The notes beneath the pieces are model-generated. The model ran no database searches. It saw only the letters and a list, made by a program, of their open reading frames with translations, and was not told the origin of the DNA. DNA of 64,000 nucleotides, taken from assembly GCA_030704615.1 (NCBI GenBank), contig CM060732.1, forward strand, positions 1,426,001-1,490,000. Direction: 5' to 3'. Position 1 is the stretch's first letter. Each line of letters opens with the position of its first letter. Origin of the DNA: Takakia lepidozioides. Its lineage: Eukaryota; Plantae; Bryophyta. Both the position numbers and the translations under genes were made by a program. Below, in pieces: positions 1-13,600 of this stretch.

Positions 1-1189
1 AGGAGGCAGAGGAGTATGTCAAGACATGCACCACATGCCAACAAAACCGGAGCGAGTACAAAAAGCAAGCGGGGCTGTTACAACCCTTGCCGATTCCAGA
101 GGGGACTTGGGAAAGCGTCTCGATGGATTTCATGACTGCTATGCCGCTGTCAAAAGGATTCGATGCAATCATGGTGGTGGTGGATAGGTTCAGTAAAATG
201 GGCCATTTCATCCCCACCAAGGAGACGGCAACGGCGCAGGAGACAGGGCGACTTTACTTCGCCCACGTCTTAAAGCATCATGGAGTCCCGAAGGATATTG
301 TCTCGGACCGCGATCCAAAGTTTACGAGTAAATTTTGGAGGGCACTTTGGAAGAAGATGGGGACGAGGCTGAAGATGAGCACCGCCTTCCGACCTACGAC
401 CGACGGCCAAACAGAAAGAGTGAATTCCGTAGTGAAGCAGATCTTGCGGAATTACGTGTCGGCAGACCAAACAGACTGGGTGGAACACTTAGACGCGGCA
501 GAGTTCTGTTATAATAACACAGAACACTCCGCAACGGGAGTTTCCCCTTTCGTATTGGTCTATGGAAAAGCACCTCTGGTGCCGACAAGTTGGGCCGCCC
601 AGGACGTTGAGGAACCGGCAGTAGCGGCGGTACTGGAAGAACGCGAGCGTTTGTTGAAGCTCGCAAAGTACAACATTGCCAAAGCTAGGAAACGGTATGA
701 AAGGCAGGCGAATCGGAAGCGGAGGGAAGTGAAGTTTGAGGCAGGCACGGAGGTCTGGTTGAACATCAAGAATTTCCGACTACCTCCGGAAGTGAGTCCA
801 AAGTTCGTACCTCCGTATGCGGGACCCTTTCGCATCCGGAAGGTTATGAATGAGGATGTGTATGAATTGGAGCTGCCGGCAAACAGCAAGGTGCATCCAG
901 TATTCACGTCTCCCTTTTGAAGCCTTACTTCAAAGATGAAGCGCGTCCGAATCGGCATCAAGTGTTGCGTCCGCCACCTGTGCTGTTGGATCATGAAAAT
1001 GAACCTGAGTACGAGGTGGAGGCAGTACTTAAGTCGAGGAGGTTCAAGAACCGAGAAACGGAGTATCTCGTCAAATGGAAGGGCTATCATCATGTGGAGG
1101 CATCTTGGGTGCGTGCCTCAGAAATGGGAAACGCATCCGAGGCGGTTGCAGTTTTCGAAGGGCGACCTCAAAAGCGGAAGAAGCGTTGA
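1..1189 (+). pseudogene. pol C-terminus (integrase + chromodomain), frameshifted near 905-917
   Basis: ORFs 87..920 and 917..1189 together equal the contiguous C-terminus of the 10654..14139 pol. Confidence 0.92.
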
Positions 1190-2091
1190 TGGGGACATCA
1201 ACCTTGGAGCGTGGGGGAGGAAATGCATGCTTAGCCCGGCTTAGCTAGCTCAGGAATCCGATTGCAAAAACTTGTATTGTACAAAAATTTGTTATAAAGG
1301 AAATGGGTTCCAAATGTTGTGTGTCCTATTTTGTTTGGAATGGTGATGCATGGTGTGGTTGGCTAGTGTGTAGAATGCATGCTAGCTTACAAAAGTGGGA
1401 GAGGTAAATTGGGTTAATCGTGTGTTTGCGCAGTGCCGAAATCGGGTGACTCCCATCCAAGGGGCAAGGAAACTTGCGCCTTCTTTGGGAGTTCACGTGC
1501 TAGTGCGCACCTGGCGCGTGCGCGTACTATAACTGCGCTATCGAGGTGGTTGCCTTGTAGTGCGGGCTAACGCGGAAGCTACGTGCTTCCGTTCACGTAC
1601 TATAATCGTGTAGCCTTGGGACGAAGTCGTAGTGGCTTCGACGTGTTCCCGTACCTCAGGCCAGCATTCCAAGACGGACCCAATTGTAGTGATTGGGGCG
1701 CACGGTTGGTTCAAGGTTATCTTCCTAGTCAAAGGGGTTCGAGGTAAACCCTTGCGCAAAGTGATGCCAAAAGCGGCATCAGGAGCGATCGCAAGCAATG
1801 TTGTTGCAGTAAGGCGATTCGATCCTCGGGGAGGATCGTTCCTTGCCTTGAAGAAGGCCAAGAAGAGTGCACTGGGAGGAGCTGGAGAGGCTCCACCCCT
1901 GGCCGGGACTTGGAGGAAGTCGGCCGAACTAGCTAGTGGAGAGTAGAGTCAAGTGTGGGGTTTGGTTCTTTGCCATGGGACGCCATGGTACGGAAACAAA
2001 CTCCTTGATGTGGGACGCCACAACTTGGATGTTCGTTTCTACAAAATGGACAAGTCAATGAGGACATCGACTCCCTGTTGGTAGGGGTGTG

Positions 2092-2820
2092 TGTCGCGGC
2101 CATTTGCCTTGAGGGCAGGGGGTCGGGACACATGAGGGGCTGCCCCTGTGGTGGGGGCAGCGGCAGCGATAGGTATGGGGGGGCTGAAGCACCCTTGAGT
2201 GCCCAAGGCACTCAGGGAAGCGGAGGCGCTCACTAGGTGGAGCCTCGCACACCGGGTTGCGGTGGGGGTGGCTCCACAAGGGGTGGTGGTAGCTTAGCGG
2301 GACTTAGTGGGGGTGGCATAGGACTCACCATGGGGGCGGAGACCTCGTGGTGGGAGTCGTGGGGAGTCTTGGGACTCATCACGGTCCATAGGGGCCGTGG
2401 TGAGTGGGCCAAGACTCACCGCGACTCATCACCGGGAGTCGAGGGTTTCGTGGTGGTTCGCCATAAAATGGCATGGCTGGTTGTGAAACCCCCGCGGACA
2501 GCTACAGAAGTATATATAGGGAGTAGTAACCCCGAGAACGGTGCAAGCCCGTTGGTGACCAAAAACTAGTGAGTAAGCGAGCGAGCCGGAAAGCGACCAA
2601 AGAGTGGGGAGCTGTTTCGGACTGCCAACTACCAAAGGGAATTCCCGCTGGTTCCAAATCGGTGGAGGGTTCTTTGGGAGAACAAAGGGGGGACCGTTAT
2701 GCCCCGGTGAGCAGCCAAAGCTCCAAGTTGGCCCGGCGGCCAAGTTGGGAGTTAGGCGCGCGCATCAAAGCGAGTAACTATGACTTGAGGGGGGAGCTTA
2801 CCGAAGTGAGGTGCGCGACA
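2092..2820 (+). repeat. 3' LTR of gypsy copy 1 (729 bp, TGTCGCG...CGCGACA)
   Basis: Terminal inverted 7-mers, near-identity to 9030-9755, 15256-15979 and 60193-60915, preceded by purine-rich GGTAGGGG. Confidence 0.95.
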
Positions 2821-2959
2821 AGAATGGTGGGAATAACGTGCGAAATGTGGCATGTAGGCAAAAAACTCCAAGTTTAGTGTGTAGCCATACAAAAAAACGC
2901 AAAAAACTTGATGCAACGATTATAAATTGTTGAAGAAGTGCCGATACAGGCTTCATCTT

Positions 2960-3915
2960 ACGGGCCTCGGATGGAAATTCGGCGCCGTTTTTCCATCCGG
3001 GGGATGATCTCAGTCGACCAAAGTGCCGGCCTCTCCCCCTGAAACGACTTCATCCAGCTGGCCTCTGATGGAAATTCGGCGTCGTTTTTCCATCCGGGGG
3101 ATATTCTCTGTCGGCCAGGTGTCGGCCTCCGATGGAAATTCGGCGCCGTTTTCCATCCGGGGGATATTCTCTGTCGAGCAGGTGTCGGCCTCCGATGGAA
3201 ATTCGGCGCCGTTTTTCCATCCGGAAGATGTGCTCTGTCGAGCAGGTGTCGGCCTCCGATGGAAATTCGGCGCCATTTTTCCATCCGGGGGATATTCTCT
3301 TTTGGCCAAGTGTCGGCCTCCGATGGAAATTCGGCGCCGTTTTTCCATCTGGGGGATGTTCTCTCTCGGCCAGGTGTTGGCCTCCAATGGAAATTCGGCG
3401 CCGTTTTTCCATCTGGGGGATGTTCTCTGTCGAGCAGGTGTCGGCCTCCGATGGAAATTTGGCGTTGTTTTTCCATCCGGGGGATGTTCTCTGTTGAGCA
3501 GGTGTCGGCCTCTGATGGAAATTCGGCGCCATTTTTCCATCCCGGGGATGTTCTCTGTCGAGCAGGTGTCGGCCTCTCCCCCCGAAACGACTTCATCCGG
3601 CCGGCCTCCGATGGAAATTCGGCGCCGTTTTTCCATCCAGGGGATGATATTAGTCGGCCAGGTGTCGGCCTCTCCCCCCGAGACAACTTCATCCAACGGG
3701 CCTCGGATGGAAATTCGGCGCCGTTTTTCCATCCGAGGGATATTCTCTGTCGGCCAGGTGTCGGCCACTCCCCCCGAAACGACTTCATCCAACGGGCCTC
3801 GGATGGAAATTCGGCGCCATTTTTCCATCCGGGTGATGTTCTCTATTGGCCAGGTGACCGACTCACCCTCGAGACGAAATCGTCCGACCGGCCTCGAATG
3901 CAAATTCGGCGCCGC
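2960..3915. repeat. Tandem array of 13 hairpin-forming units (64-bp and 96-bp), left subterminal region of Mutator-like copy 1
   Basis: Repeated GATGGAAATTCGGCGCCGTTTTTCCATC. GGCGCC cores at 2981, 3078, 3142, 3205, 3269, 3333, 3397, 3461, 3525, 3621, 3717, 3813, 3908. Confidence 0.95.
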
Positions 3916-4331
3916 TGTTGTATGTTGACTTTTGGCGGCGAGGTTCTGGCACTCAATCTTGTAATCAAACCCACTGGAATGCCACCTTTGTCAGTTCCCT
4001 CTGTCCATGGGGAAGGTGCTTGCACGCTCGCGCCCCCACGCTTCTTGTGAGACGCCGTAATGATTGGTTTGCGCAGCGCATCTGCACAGGTCATATACCT
4101 TCTGACTGCATACTGTTGGCAGTTATTGCGCAAAGGCCAGGGGCCGCATTCCGCAGACAAGGTTCATTAACTCTCTGACAGTGGATTTTCGGGAGAGTGG
4201 GCTCCCCGGATTCGTGAATAGGCTTCGTTGCTTGCAAAAATCGGCCCTGCATTCCTTCCCCTTGCTGCATCCCCCCTTCTCCCAGGGCGCTTGTCCGAAC
4301 GCCGTCCTGGCAGTCTTGTGTGCACAACTCC

Positions 4332-7300
4332 ATGGCAGAAAACCCGAGCGCTATAGTGTACTGCCCTCCTCACGAGCATAGAGCTACATTTCCGTGCAGA
4401 GGGGAGATTTGTCGGGTGATGGAGAAATATCTTTGCGTTCGATACCACCTGAAACCGGGGTCGGAGGAGGAAAGGAAGGATTCAAACGGAGTTGTAAGTC
4501 GAAAGTATTGTTGTGCTCCACGATGATTTCGGCGACGGTAGGGAATGGCGAGTTCCACCATCGGACAACGTCATATACAGGGCTGTTGGGGACTTCATTT
4601 GCCCCCCAAATGCGTCTTCTATCCTGCCGCCTTCCACGAAACAATCCGCGAATCAGAGAGTGGGTACCTCAAAGAGAGAAGTCCGCAACGAAGTAAATCC
4701 AGAGCCGAACCCATCAATGAAGATGAGCGAGAACCGGGTTGTTCACAACCTGTCCGACTCCGACGAGATCATGGAAGTTCCGAGATCGTCCTGGAGATCA
4801 GGCAAGTCCTCAATGGACATCAGCGGACGAGGGAGTCATATTCCCAACACGAACACAACAGTTCGATCCATTCTTGAAATTCTGCGAGGGCTTCACATGG
4901 AGGGACACCGCTCAGAGCTGGTTGGGCTGGACTACAGCAAGTTCGCCATTAAATCCGTTACATGCCTTCCCGCAGACGTCGACGGTAATATGTTCTTTGA
5001 GTTCCCTCCTCGAACGGACTGTTGGAGGGCGTCCGGAATGTTGACAGATATGGATAGGAAACATGATGGCCATCCTTGGTGCGTCACCAAAACCACCAGC
5101 ATGAAGATGCTCGATGGTGTGCGGGTGCGCTACGTTGTTTGTGCGGGCGCGTTGCAGTGTTTCTCCCCAACTTGCTTCCACTTTAAATCCAGAGGTCACA
5201 GGAATGAGACGGATTGGATAGGCACAGCTCATCAACCATTTCGAGCTCAGGAGAAGGTTCCAAACTCCACATTTAAGTGTGCGCATTGCAAAGAACCACC
5301 ACATTGCATGTCTGTTTGTAATGCCAAACAGTTCTATGTGTTGCACCGTTTCCCTGACCTCACACGAGCTTGCATACAAGTTGGTTCCCATTGTCACAAA
5401 TTGGCGAGGGGGAACTCGCGGGAGGCTGCCCATGAGGCAGAGCAGCTCGTTCAGGAGGAGGTTAGGTTGAGACCTGATGCCAAACCCAAACAGATACAGC
5501 TGCAGGCCACCCATAAGATGGCATTGGCCAAAATTATGTCGGAAGATGGCTCTGACTGAGTTCCTCTCGATGAGAAGGAAATGGAGGCATTGTTGGAGTC
5601 GGTGTCCCACGTTTGTTCACCGAATGTCCGAAACCACATTGTCTCCTGCAAACAGAAATTGGGCGTGGCTCAGTGGGTGACAATGGCTGCACATGTCTAC
5701 GACACCCACTGCAGGATGCTAATGACAATTGCTATTTGTGAGATGAAAGGAGAGGACACACAATCGGAGATGCTTCTTTGGCAGGGAATAAACAAACAGA
5801 TGGCCAGGGCGGGATTGCCCCCTCCCAATTTCCGTGGTTTCATGGCGGACAACGCACAAGCAAATTGGGCTGCCATCCGAAGGGTGTACGGGGAAGACCC
5901 CAATGTTCCGATGGAAGACAAGGAGAGATCTTGTGGGTTCCATTTTCTGCAGAGCTTGTCGCAGTACACAACCCGGCTCGTGGCGCCAGATTTCAGAGAG
6001 GAGCACCGTTCCATGTGTCTTGCGTGGAAGCGTGCTCCCACCTTGGATGATGCAAAGACACAATTTGCATGTATACGGGCTTGGTGGACAACGTCAGGTG
6101 CTGTAAAGAAATCAGACGAGGGAGCAATGGTCAGTTGGCTAGCATGGTGGCATTATCGTTTCCTCCAGTTTGGCGACTATATGCGGGAGGTGAGTTGGAC
6201 GAATTCGCGTCACGTTGAATATTATGCTACTCATTCTTTGTAACTTGCTTGTAACCTCAACATGTACATGTGAAGGAAATGTGTCTGGACTCCGACACCG
6301 ACATGCCGACAACAAACATGGCCGAATCAGTACATTCTTCCTGGCGTGCCTCCTCTGCGGCGCATCTGGTGGACATCCTCACTGCCACAACGGAGGACAT
6401 TGTCAGGTTAATTATGCAACAATGCAGGTACAACGAGTTCTTGAAAGGGAAACAGTGGGGCTTGGGGCCGGACAGGTAGGAAATGCTGATGCGGACTGCC
6501 TCCAGATCTAAGAATCCTCGCAAGTGGGCGGCAGCCTTGCAAGAGGGCCTTCGGGACACGCCATTGCTTCGAAGAGGCCAACACTTGGAAGGAGATGTTC
6601 ACACCCGTCCAGTGAGACGAAGACTTGATGAGGCACTTGGCGGAGAAGAGGATTCATGGCGAGCTGACAAGAATATTTGCACGCTCCCTCGTGGTCCCGT
6701 GATGTTGCCCGAGGAGGTCTCGTCGAGCACCGCAAGTCCTGCACGTTCAAGATCGCCATCTCCTTTGAGCACAGGGCACGTGCCCGAGGAACATAACGAG
6801 CCATCTGTAGTAACGCAATACAACATACCCATGGTGGAGACAAGAGTGTCGGAGTCACAGTGGAGAATAGCAAGGACATTGCCGACATTTTGAGGGAAGT
6901 GCTGCGCCATCCGGGTGGATACGAGAGCACGCTGTGGTGAGATGATTCGGAGGAACCCACACGGTGCTGTACCTGTACCTTGTATCAGCGGCAGATTTTT
7001 GACTCCAACATTCTCTCACGCCACAACGCAGACGTTTTGGTTATGTAGGCACGACATAATGACCTGTGTATTTGGCAAGCCCAAGTACGGGATTCAGGGA
7101 ATGTTGGAGCCTCCGGGCGTCTGGCCTGTTGCACCGGGTTGCAACCTCTCTCAGAATGAGGTGGATGCTCTTTCTGCAGCAGAATTTCGAATGGTGCAAC
7201 GCACAGACGTCCCAGCCCACTCGTTTCCAGTTCCTCAGACCCAACCATTGCAGGCTGCTCCGTCCAGTAGAGACGGATTGGACAATTCTGCACATCCCAC

Positions 7301-7694
7301 AATGCGATTCGGAAGAGTGAAGAGACGACACCCTCCCAACAAGTTGAATGAGACTCGGATTGCCAATGCTCTTGGGATGGCTTGCACTATTCAGAGCTCC
7401 GTGGACGTACCCCCACCCGGCCTTGGGCGTGTTTATCGGATGGCAACGGCCGGCTCAGCTGTACGCGACGACGTATACACAATTACGATTGGAGTGGAGC
7501 CGACTTGCAATTGTACGGACTTCTCGTTGATGGAAGCAAAGAAGAGGTCAAAGTATTATCCGTGCAAGCATCTGTATTACATTTACCTGAAGAGGTTGAG
7601 GATGAACTTGACTATTGATGACTTTATTCATGCACCAGCGTTGAGCGTGAACGAGCTGCACAAACTCCTCCACCGGGATTCCAGAAATCATTGA
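4332..7694 (+). pseudogene. MULE-type DDE transposase pseudogene with GCM-like Zn finger and C-terminal SWIM; intron 6190-6275
   Basis: FMADNAQAN (second D), RSCGFH (CxxH), TTNMAES (E), SWIM CNC...CKH. In-frame stops at 5557, 6477 and 6891 are consistent with C>T changes (copy 2 has Arg/Gln/Arg there). N-terminal frameshift near 4490; in-frame deletion of the first D. Confidence 0.85.
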
Positions 7695-7964
7695 TGGGGA
7701 AAAGAGAATCCACCATATGGATATTTGCAATTGCATTTTTATGCATTAGACTTTGTTTTGCAGTGTAATGAATTGCACCCCAAAACTCCTGGAATGAGAC
7801 AGACAATATTAAAGTGATGTCTTTTAAACACTAGGGACTGTTGGATATCCATTGACGTCCAGTGGCAATTCAATGTCGAAACAGAATACAAAGATGGCGG
7901 CAGGAAAAATTTGCAAATCTTCCAGAAAACTGAGTTCCAACAGTTGCAGTTGAGGGGGCCATTT

Positions 7965-8285
7965 CTGGAAAAAAGGCGCCGAATTTCCTTTTTTGGGCCG
8001 AAAATTGGCTAAGTCCCAACATTGTCTGGAGACGATGTCTGGAAAAATGGCGCCGAATTTCCAGTTACATGGCCCAGAACTGCCCAACATTTGTGCAATG
8101 CCCGACACCATGTACCGAAATTCGGCGCCACATTTCCAAATTTTGGGCTTACACTTCAATGAAGTTGGGACCTATAACCGCGAAATTCGGCACCATTTTT
8201 CGCCGGAGTCACCTATTACCGCGCAATACGTCACCGATTTTTCTGCTTGCGGAACCTATTACCGCGAAATTTGGCGCCATTTTTG
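7965..8285. repeat. Right subterminal motif cluster of MULE copy 1 (5 copies, both orientations)
   Basis: GGCGCCGAATTT at 7975 and 8049; AAATTYGGCRCC cores at 8124, 8189, 8273. Confidence 0.8.
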
Positions 8286-9029
8286 CAGATGTCGCTCGGA
8301 ATTTGCATGAGCGGAAAACGAAATATCATGAGCACGGCTCTAGAAACTACAATTTTTACTTCAAACAATGAATATTATATTGGTTTTTTTTTTGGGACAC
8401 ATCTCATTAAAATAATATTTTTAATGTTTTTTATTTCCAGAATTTGTACTTCTGCTCATGAAAACCGATTGTCTTACTACTCCGCTCATGCCGCTCATGC
8501 TCATGAAATAGCTAACCTCCCACTGTGCACGAGCAGATGCGCAAGCAGCCACGTCTCCCCAAGCGTTGCCACCGTCCACCACTTTCCGCTGTATGGGTGA
8601 TGAAGAGATTGCGACCCCTGACACGTTCGGACGGATGAAGTCGCCTAGAACGCGACGCGTGCCTGTTCAAGCCACCAGTAGAAGACGCTTTATCCGAATT
8701 GCGGCGCCGAAATACCGTTCCGTTCACCGGATGCTATTCCCGGAGCAGCCGGCATTGAATGCATTATCCGCACATCATGAAACCCAACCGCCATGAAATC
8801 AAACCGCCAATCGACATTCAACAGTCAGGTTGACACGTTTCATCAGCGGACGGATGAATTTTGGCGCCGAAATTCATCTTATGCAAGTGCTTTCATACAC
8901 AAACATATGAATTTCGGCGCCAAAAATTCATCGCTTCCCCAGTCCTCATCCGTCATGAGCACACCTGTCAGTCGGATATCGGATCCGGAATTAATTCCGG
9001 AACTGTGCAGAATGTTGCACTGGGGCATA

Positions 9030-9755
9030 TGTCGCGCACCTCACTTCGATAAGCTCCCCTTCAAGTCATAGTTACTCGCTTTGATGCGCGCGCCTGACTC
9101 CCAACTTTGGCCGCCGGGCCAACTTGGAGCTTCGGCTGCTCACCGGGACATAACGGTCCCCCTTCGCTCCCCCGAAAGACCCTCCACCTATTTGGGCCTA
9201 GTGGAATTCCCTTTGGTAGATGGCAATCCGGAACAGCTCCCCACTCTTTGGTCGCTTTCCGGCTCGCTCGCTTACTCACTAGTTTTTGGTCACCAACGGG
9301 CTTGCACCGTTCTCGGGGATACTACTCCCTATATATACTTCTGTAGCTGTCCGCGGGGGTTCCACAAACAGCCATGCCATTTTATGGTGAACCACCACGA
9401 AGACCCTCGATTCCCGGTGGTGAGTCGCGGTGAGTCTTGGCCCACTCACCGCGGCCCCAATGGACCGTGATGAGTCCCAAGACTCCCCACGACTCCCACC
9501 TTGAGGTCTCCACCCCATGGTGAGTCCTATGCCACCCCCACTAAGTCCCGCTAAGCTACCACCACCCCTTGTGGAGCCACCCCCACCGCAACCCGGTGTG
9601 CGGGTCTCCGCCTAGTGAGCGCCTCCGCCTCCTTGAGTGCCTTGGGCACTCAAGGGTGCTTCAGCCCCCGTATCTATCGCTTGCTACTGCCCCCACCACA
9701 GGGGCAGCCCCTTCTGTGTCCCGACCCCCTGCCCTCAAGGCAAAGGGCCGCGACA
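9030..9755 (-). repeat. 3' LTR of gypsy copy 2
   Basis: TG...CA termini; direct repeat of 15256-15979. Confidence 0.96.
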
Positions 9756-10653
9756 CACACCCCTACCAACAGGGAGTCGATGTCCTCATCGACTTGTCCA
9801 TTTTGTAGAAACGAACATCCAAGTTGTGGCATCCCACATCAAGGAGTTTGTTTCATGGCGTCCCATGGCAAAGAACCAAACCCCACTTGACTCTACTCTC
9901 CACTAGCTAGTTTGGCCGACTTCCTCCAAGTCCCGGCCAAGGGTGGAGCCTCTCTAGCTCCTCCCAGTGCACTCTTCTTGGCCTACTTCAAGGCCAAGGA
10001 ACAATCCTCCCCGAGGATCGAATCGCCTTACTGCAACAACATTGCTTGCGATCGCTCATGATGCCGCTTTTGGCATCACCTTGAGCAAGGGTTCACCTGG
10101 AACCCTCTTTGACTAGGAAGATAACCTTGAATCAACCGTACACCCCAATCACTACAATTGGGTCCGCCTTGGAATGCTGGCCTGAGGTACGGGAACACGC
10201 CAAAGCCGCACTACGACTTCGTCCCGAGGCTACACGATTATAGTACGTGAACGGAAGCACGTAGCTTCCGCGTTAGCCCGCACTACAAGGCAACCCCCTC
10301 GGTAGCGCAGTTATAGTACGCGCACGCGCCAGGTGCGCACTAGCACGTGAACCCCCAAAGAAGGCGCAAGTTGCCTTGCCCCTTGGATGGGGGTCACTCG
10401 ATTTCGGCACTACGCAAACACACGATTAACCCAATTTACCTCTCCCACTTTTGTAAGCTAGCATGCATTCTACACACTAGCCAACCATACTATGCATCAC
10501 CATTCCAAACAAAATAGGACGCACAACATTTGGAAGCCATTTCATTTATAGCAAGTTTTGTACAAATACAAGTTTTTGCAATCGGATTCCTGAGCTAGCT
10601 AAGCCGGGCTAAGCATGCATTTCCTCCCCCACGCTCCAAGGTTGATGTCCCCA

Positions 10654-13600
10654 TCAACGCTTCTTCCGCTTTTGAGGTCGCCCTTCGAACGCTGCAACCG
10701 CCTCGGATGCGTTTCCCATTTCTGAGGCACGCACCCAAGATGCCTCCACATGATGATAGCCCTTCCATTTGACGAGATACTCCGTTTCTCGGTTCTTGAA
10801 CCTCCTCAACTTAAGTACTGCCTCCACCTCATACTCAGGTTCATTTCCATGATCCAACAGCACAGGTGGCGAACGCAACACTTGATGCCGATTCGGACGC
10901 GCTTCATCTTTGAAGTAAGGCTTCAAAAGGGATACGGGGAATACTGGATGCACCTTGCTGTTTGCCGGCAGCTCCAATTCATATACATCCTCATTCATAA
11001 CCTTCCGGATGCGAAAGGGACCCGCATATGGAGGTATGAATTTTGGACTCACTTCCGGAGGTAGTCGAAAATTCTTGATGTTCAACCAGACTTCCGTGCC
11101 TGCCTCAAACTTCACTTCCCTCCGCTTCCGATTCGCCTGCCTTTCATACCGTTTCCTAGCTTTGGCAATGTTGTACTTTGCGAGCTTCAACAAACGCTCG
11201 CGTTCTTCCAGTACCGCCGCTACTGCCGGTTCCTCAACGTCCTGGGCGGCCCAACTTGTCGGCACCAGAGGTGCTTTTCCATAGACCAATACAAAAGGGG
11301 AAACTCCCGTTGCGGAGTGTTCTGTGTTATTATAACAGAACTCTACCGCGTCTAAGTGTTCCACCCAGTCTGATTGGTCTGCCGACACGTAATTCCACAA
11401 GATCTGCTTCACTACGGAATTCACTCTTTCCGTTTGGCCGTCGGTCGTAGGTCGAAAGGCGGTGCTCATCTTCAGCCTCGTCCCCATCTTCTTCCAAAGT
11501 GTCCTCCAAAATTTACTCATAAACTTTGGATCGCGGTCCGAGACAATATCCTTCGGGACTCCATGATGCTTCAAGACGTGGGCAAAGTAAAGTCGCCCTG
11601 TCTCCTGCGCCGTTGCCGTCTCCTTGGTGGGGATGAAATGGCCCATTTTATTGAACCTATCCACCACCACCATGATTGCATCGAATCCTTTTGACAGCGG
11701 CATAGCAGTCATGAAATCCATCGAGACGCTTTCCCAAGTCCCCTCTGGAATCGGCAAGGGTTGTAACAGCCCCGCTTGCTTTTTGTACTCGCTCCGGTTT
11801 TGTTGGCATGTGGTGCATGTCTTGACATACTCCTCTGCCTCCTCCCTCAGTTTGGGCCAGAAATACTCTTTCTTCAAGAGTGCCGCAGTGCGCTTGGCTC
11901 CGCCGTGGCCCGCAAGCAGGCTATCATGGCATTCTCTCAAGAGACTATCCCTGATCCCTCCCTTCGGCACGTAGAGACGCTTTTGCTTATACTGGAGCAG
12001 TCCATTTTGCAAGTGGAACTGCGATTTAACCCCCATCCTCAAGTCTTGCATCACGGACTTCGCCAGCTCATCCTTCCGGCAAGCCTTCCGGATCTTCCTT
12101 TGGAGCGCCATCTCGCCCCTATGCACCAACATGAGCTGCTGCTTTCTACTTAAAGCATCGGCCACCACATTGTCCCGTCCCGGTTTGTACTGGATATCCA
12201 CGTCGAACACCGCCAAAGTATCTTGCCACCTAAGTTGTTTTGGGGACAACTTGGGCTGCGTGGCAAAATACTTCACCGTGACATTGTCCGTGAACACCTT
12301 CACTGGGTTGGAACCAACATAGTGGCGCCAAAGCTCAAGGCAATGCACCACCGCCTTCATCTCTTTTTCGTGCGTCGGCCACCATCGCTCCACTTCATTC
12401 AGTTTCTTACTTTCATAAGCCACTGGACGTCCATCTTGCATAAGTACACCCCCAATCGCGAAGTCCGATGCATCTGTATGAATCTCAAACGGACGATCGA
12501 ACTCCGGGATTTTCCAGACTGGAGCTTCCGCCATCCGCTGCTTCAATTCAGCAAAAGCTTGGCCACAAAAAGTATTCCATGCCCAGACTTTGGATTTACA
12601 CAGAAGGTCGGACAGCGGCCCCGCGATCTTGGCAAAATTTCTCACATACTTCCGGTAATAGGAGGCGAGTCCTAGGAAGGATCGCACTCTCGGGACCAAA
12701 GTCGGAGGCTCCCAGTCCAAGATCGCCCTCACCTTTCTGTCATCCATTTTGATCCCATCCTGTGTAATCACATGCCCCAAGAACTCCACTTTCGTGACCC
12801 CGAATTCGCACTTTGAAGCTTTGGCGTACAGCTTCCCTTCCTGCAATTTTTGGAACACCCTTTTGAGGTGCTCCAGGTGCTCCTCCTTTGTTTTCGAGTA
12901 CACCAAGATGTCGTCGATGTACACGATCACAAAGTCATCCAACCACTCCTGAAAAAGGCTGTTCATTAGCGTGCTAAAGGTCGCAGGTGCATTGGTGAGC
13001 CCAAAAGGCATCACCAAGAACTCATATGAACCATACCTTGTCCTGCACGCGGTCTTCTCCTCATCTCCTTCCGCCACCCGAATTTGATGGTAGCCGGAGC
13101 GCAAGTCGATCCGGCTGAAGTACTTCGCTCCTGCCAACCGGTCGAAAAGGTCGTCGATCCTTGGCAAAGGGTACCGGTTTTTAATAGTCACCTTATTCAG
13201 AGCCCTGTAATCGACACACATCCGCAACATCCCATCCTTCTTGTCTGCAAATAGCACCGGGGCTCCGTAAGGTGACTTACTCGGTCGGATGTACCCCTTT
13301 GACATTAGATCCTTGAGCTGAGTCTTCAGCTCGACCAACTCTCTGTGGCTCAACCGGTAGGGCGACTTGGCAGGCGGTTCCGATCCCGGTATCACCTCAA
13401 TCTTGTGGTCAACTCCTCTTCGCGGTGGCAAGCCGCTTGGTAAATCCTCCGGCATCACATCTTGGTATTTCTCCAAAATCCCCTTGATCCAATCTGGGCT
13501 CGGCTCCCCATCGCCTTCTCCCTTCACTTCTCTAATGTAAAGCAAAAACTGGGGCTTGTGTGCCTCCTCCACGGCCCACTCCCTTGCTGACAGAAGGTTT

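Larger units (their letters stand above)
1..2820 (+). mobile_element. Ty3/gypsy chromovirus (Galadriel-like) copy 1, 3' part: integrase, chromodomain, ~0.9-kb 3' non-coding region, 3' LTR
   Basis: Integrase core ([23 protein letters not shown]), GPF motif and chromodomain (YEVEAVL...YLVKWKGY...SW). The LTR at 2092-2820 matches the other copies. Confidence 0.95.
2960..8300 (+). mobile_element. Mutator-like (MULE) DNA transposon copy 1; true termini not resolved
   Basis: Transposase pseudogene flanked on both sides by the same AAATTCGGCGCC motif. No TIR or TSD identified. Confidence 0.75.

Noticed and set aside
2958-4050. Several 120-300 aa ORFs on both strands
   Set aside because: By-products of the stop-poor 64/96-bp tandem array; the unit length shifts frame and no domain is recognisable.
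8290-8690. TIRs/TSD for the two large MULEs
   Set aside because: No convincing inverted terminal pair or 9-bp duplication found; the opposite ends are interrupted or deleted.
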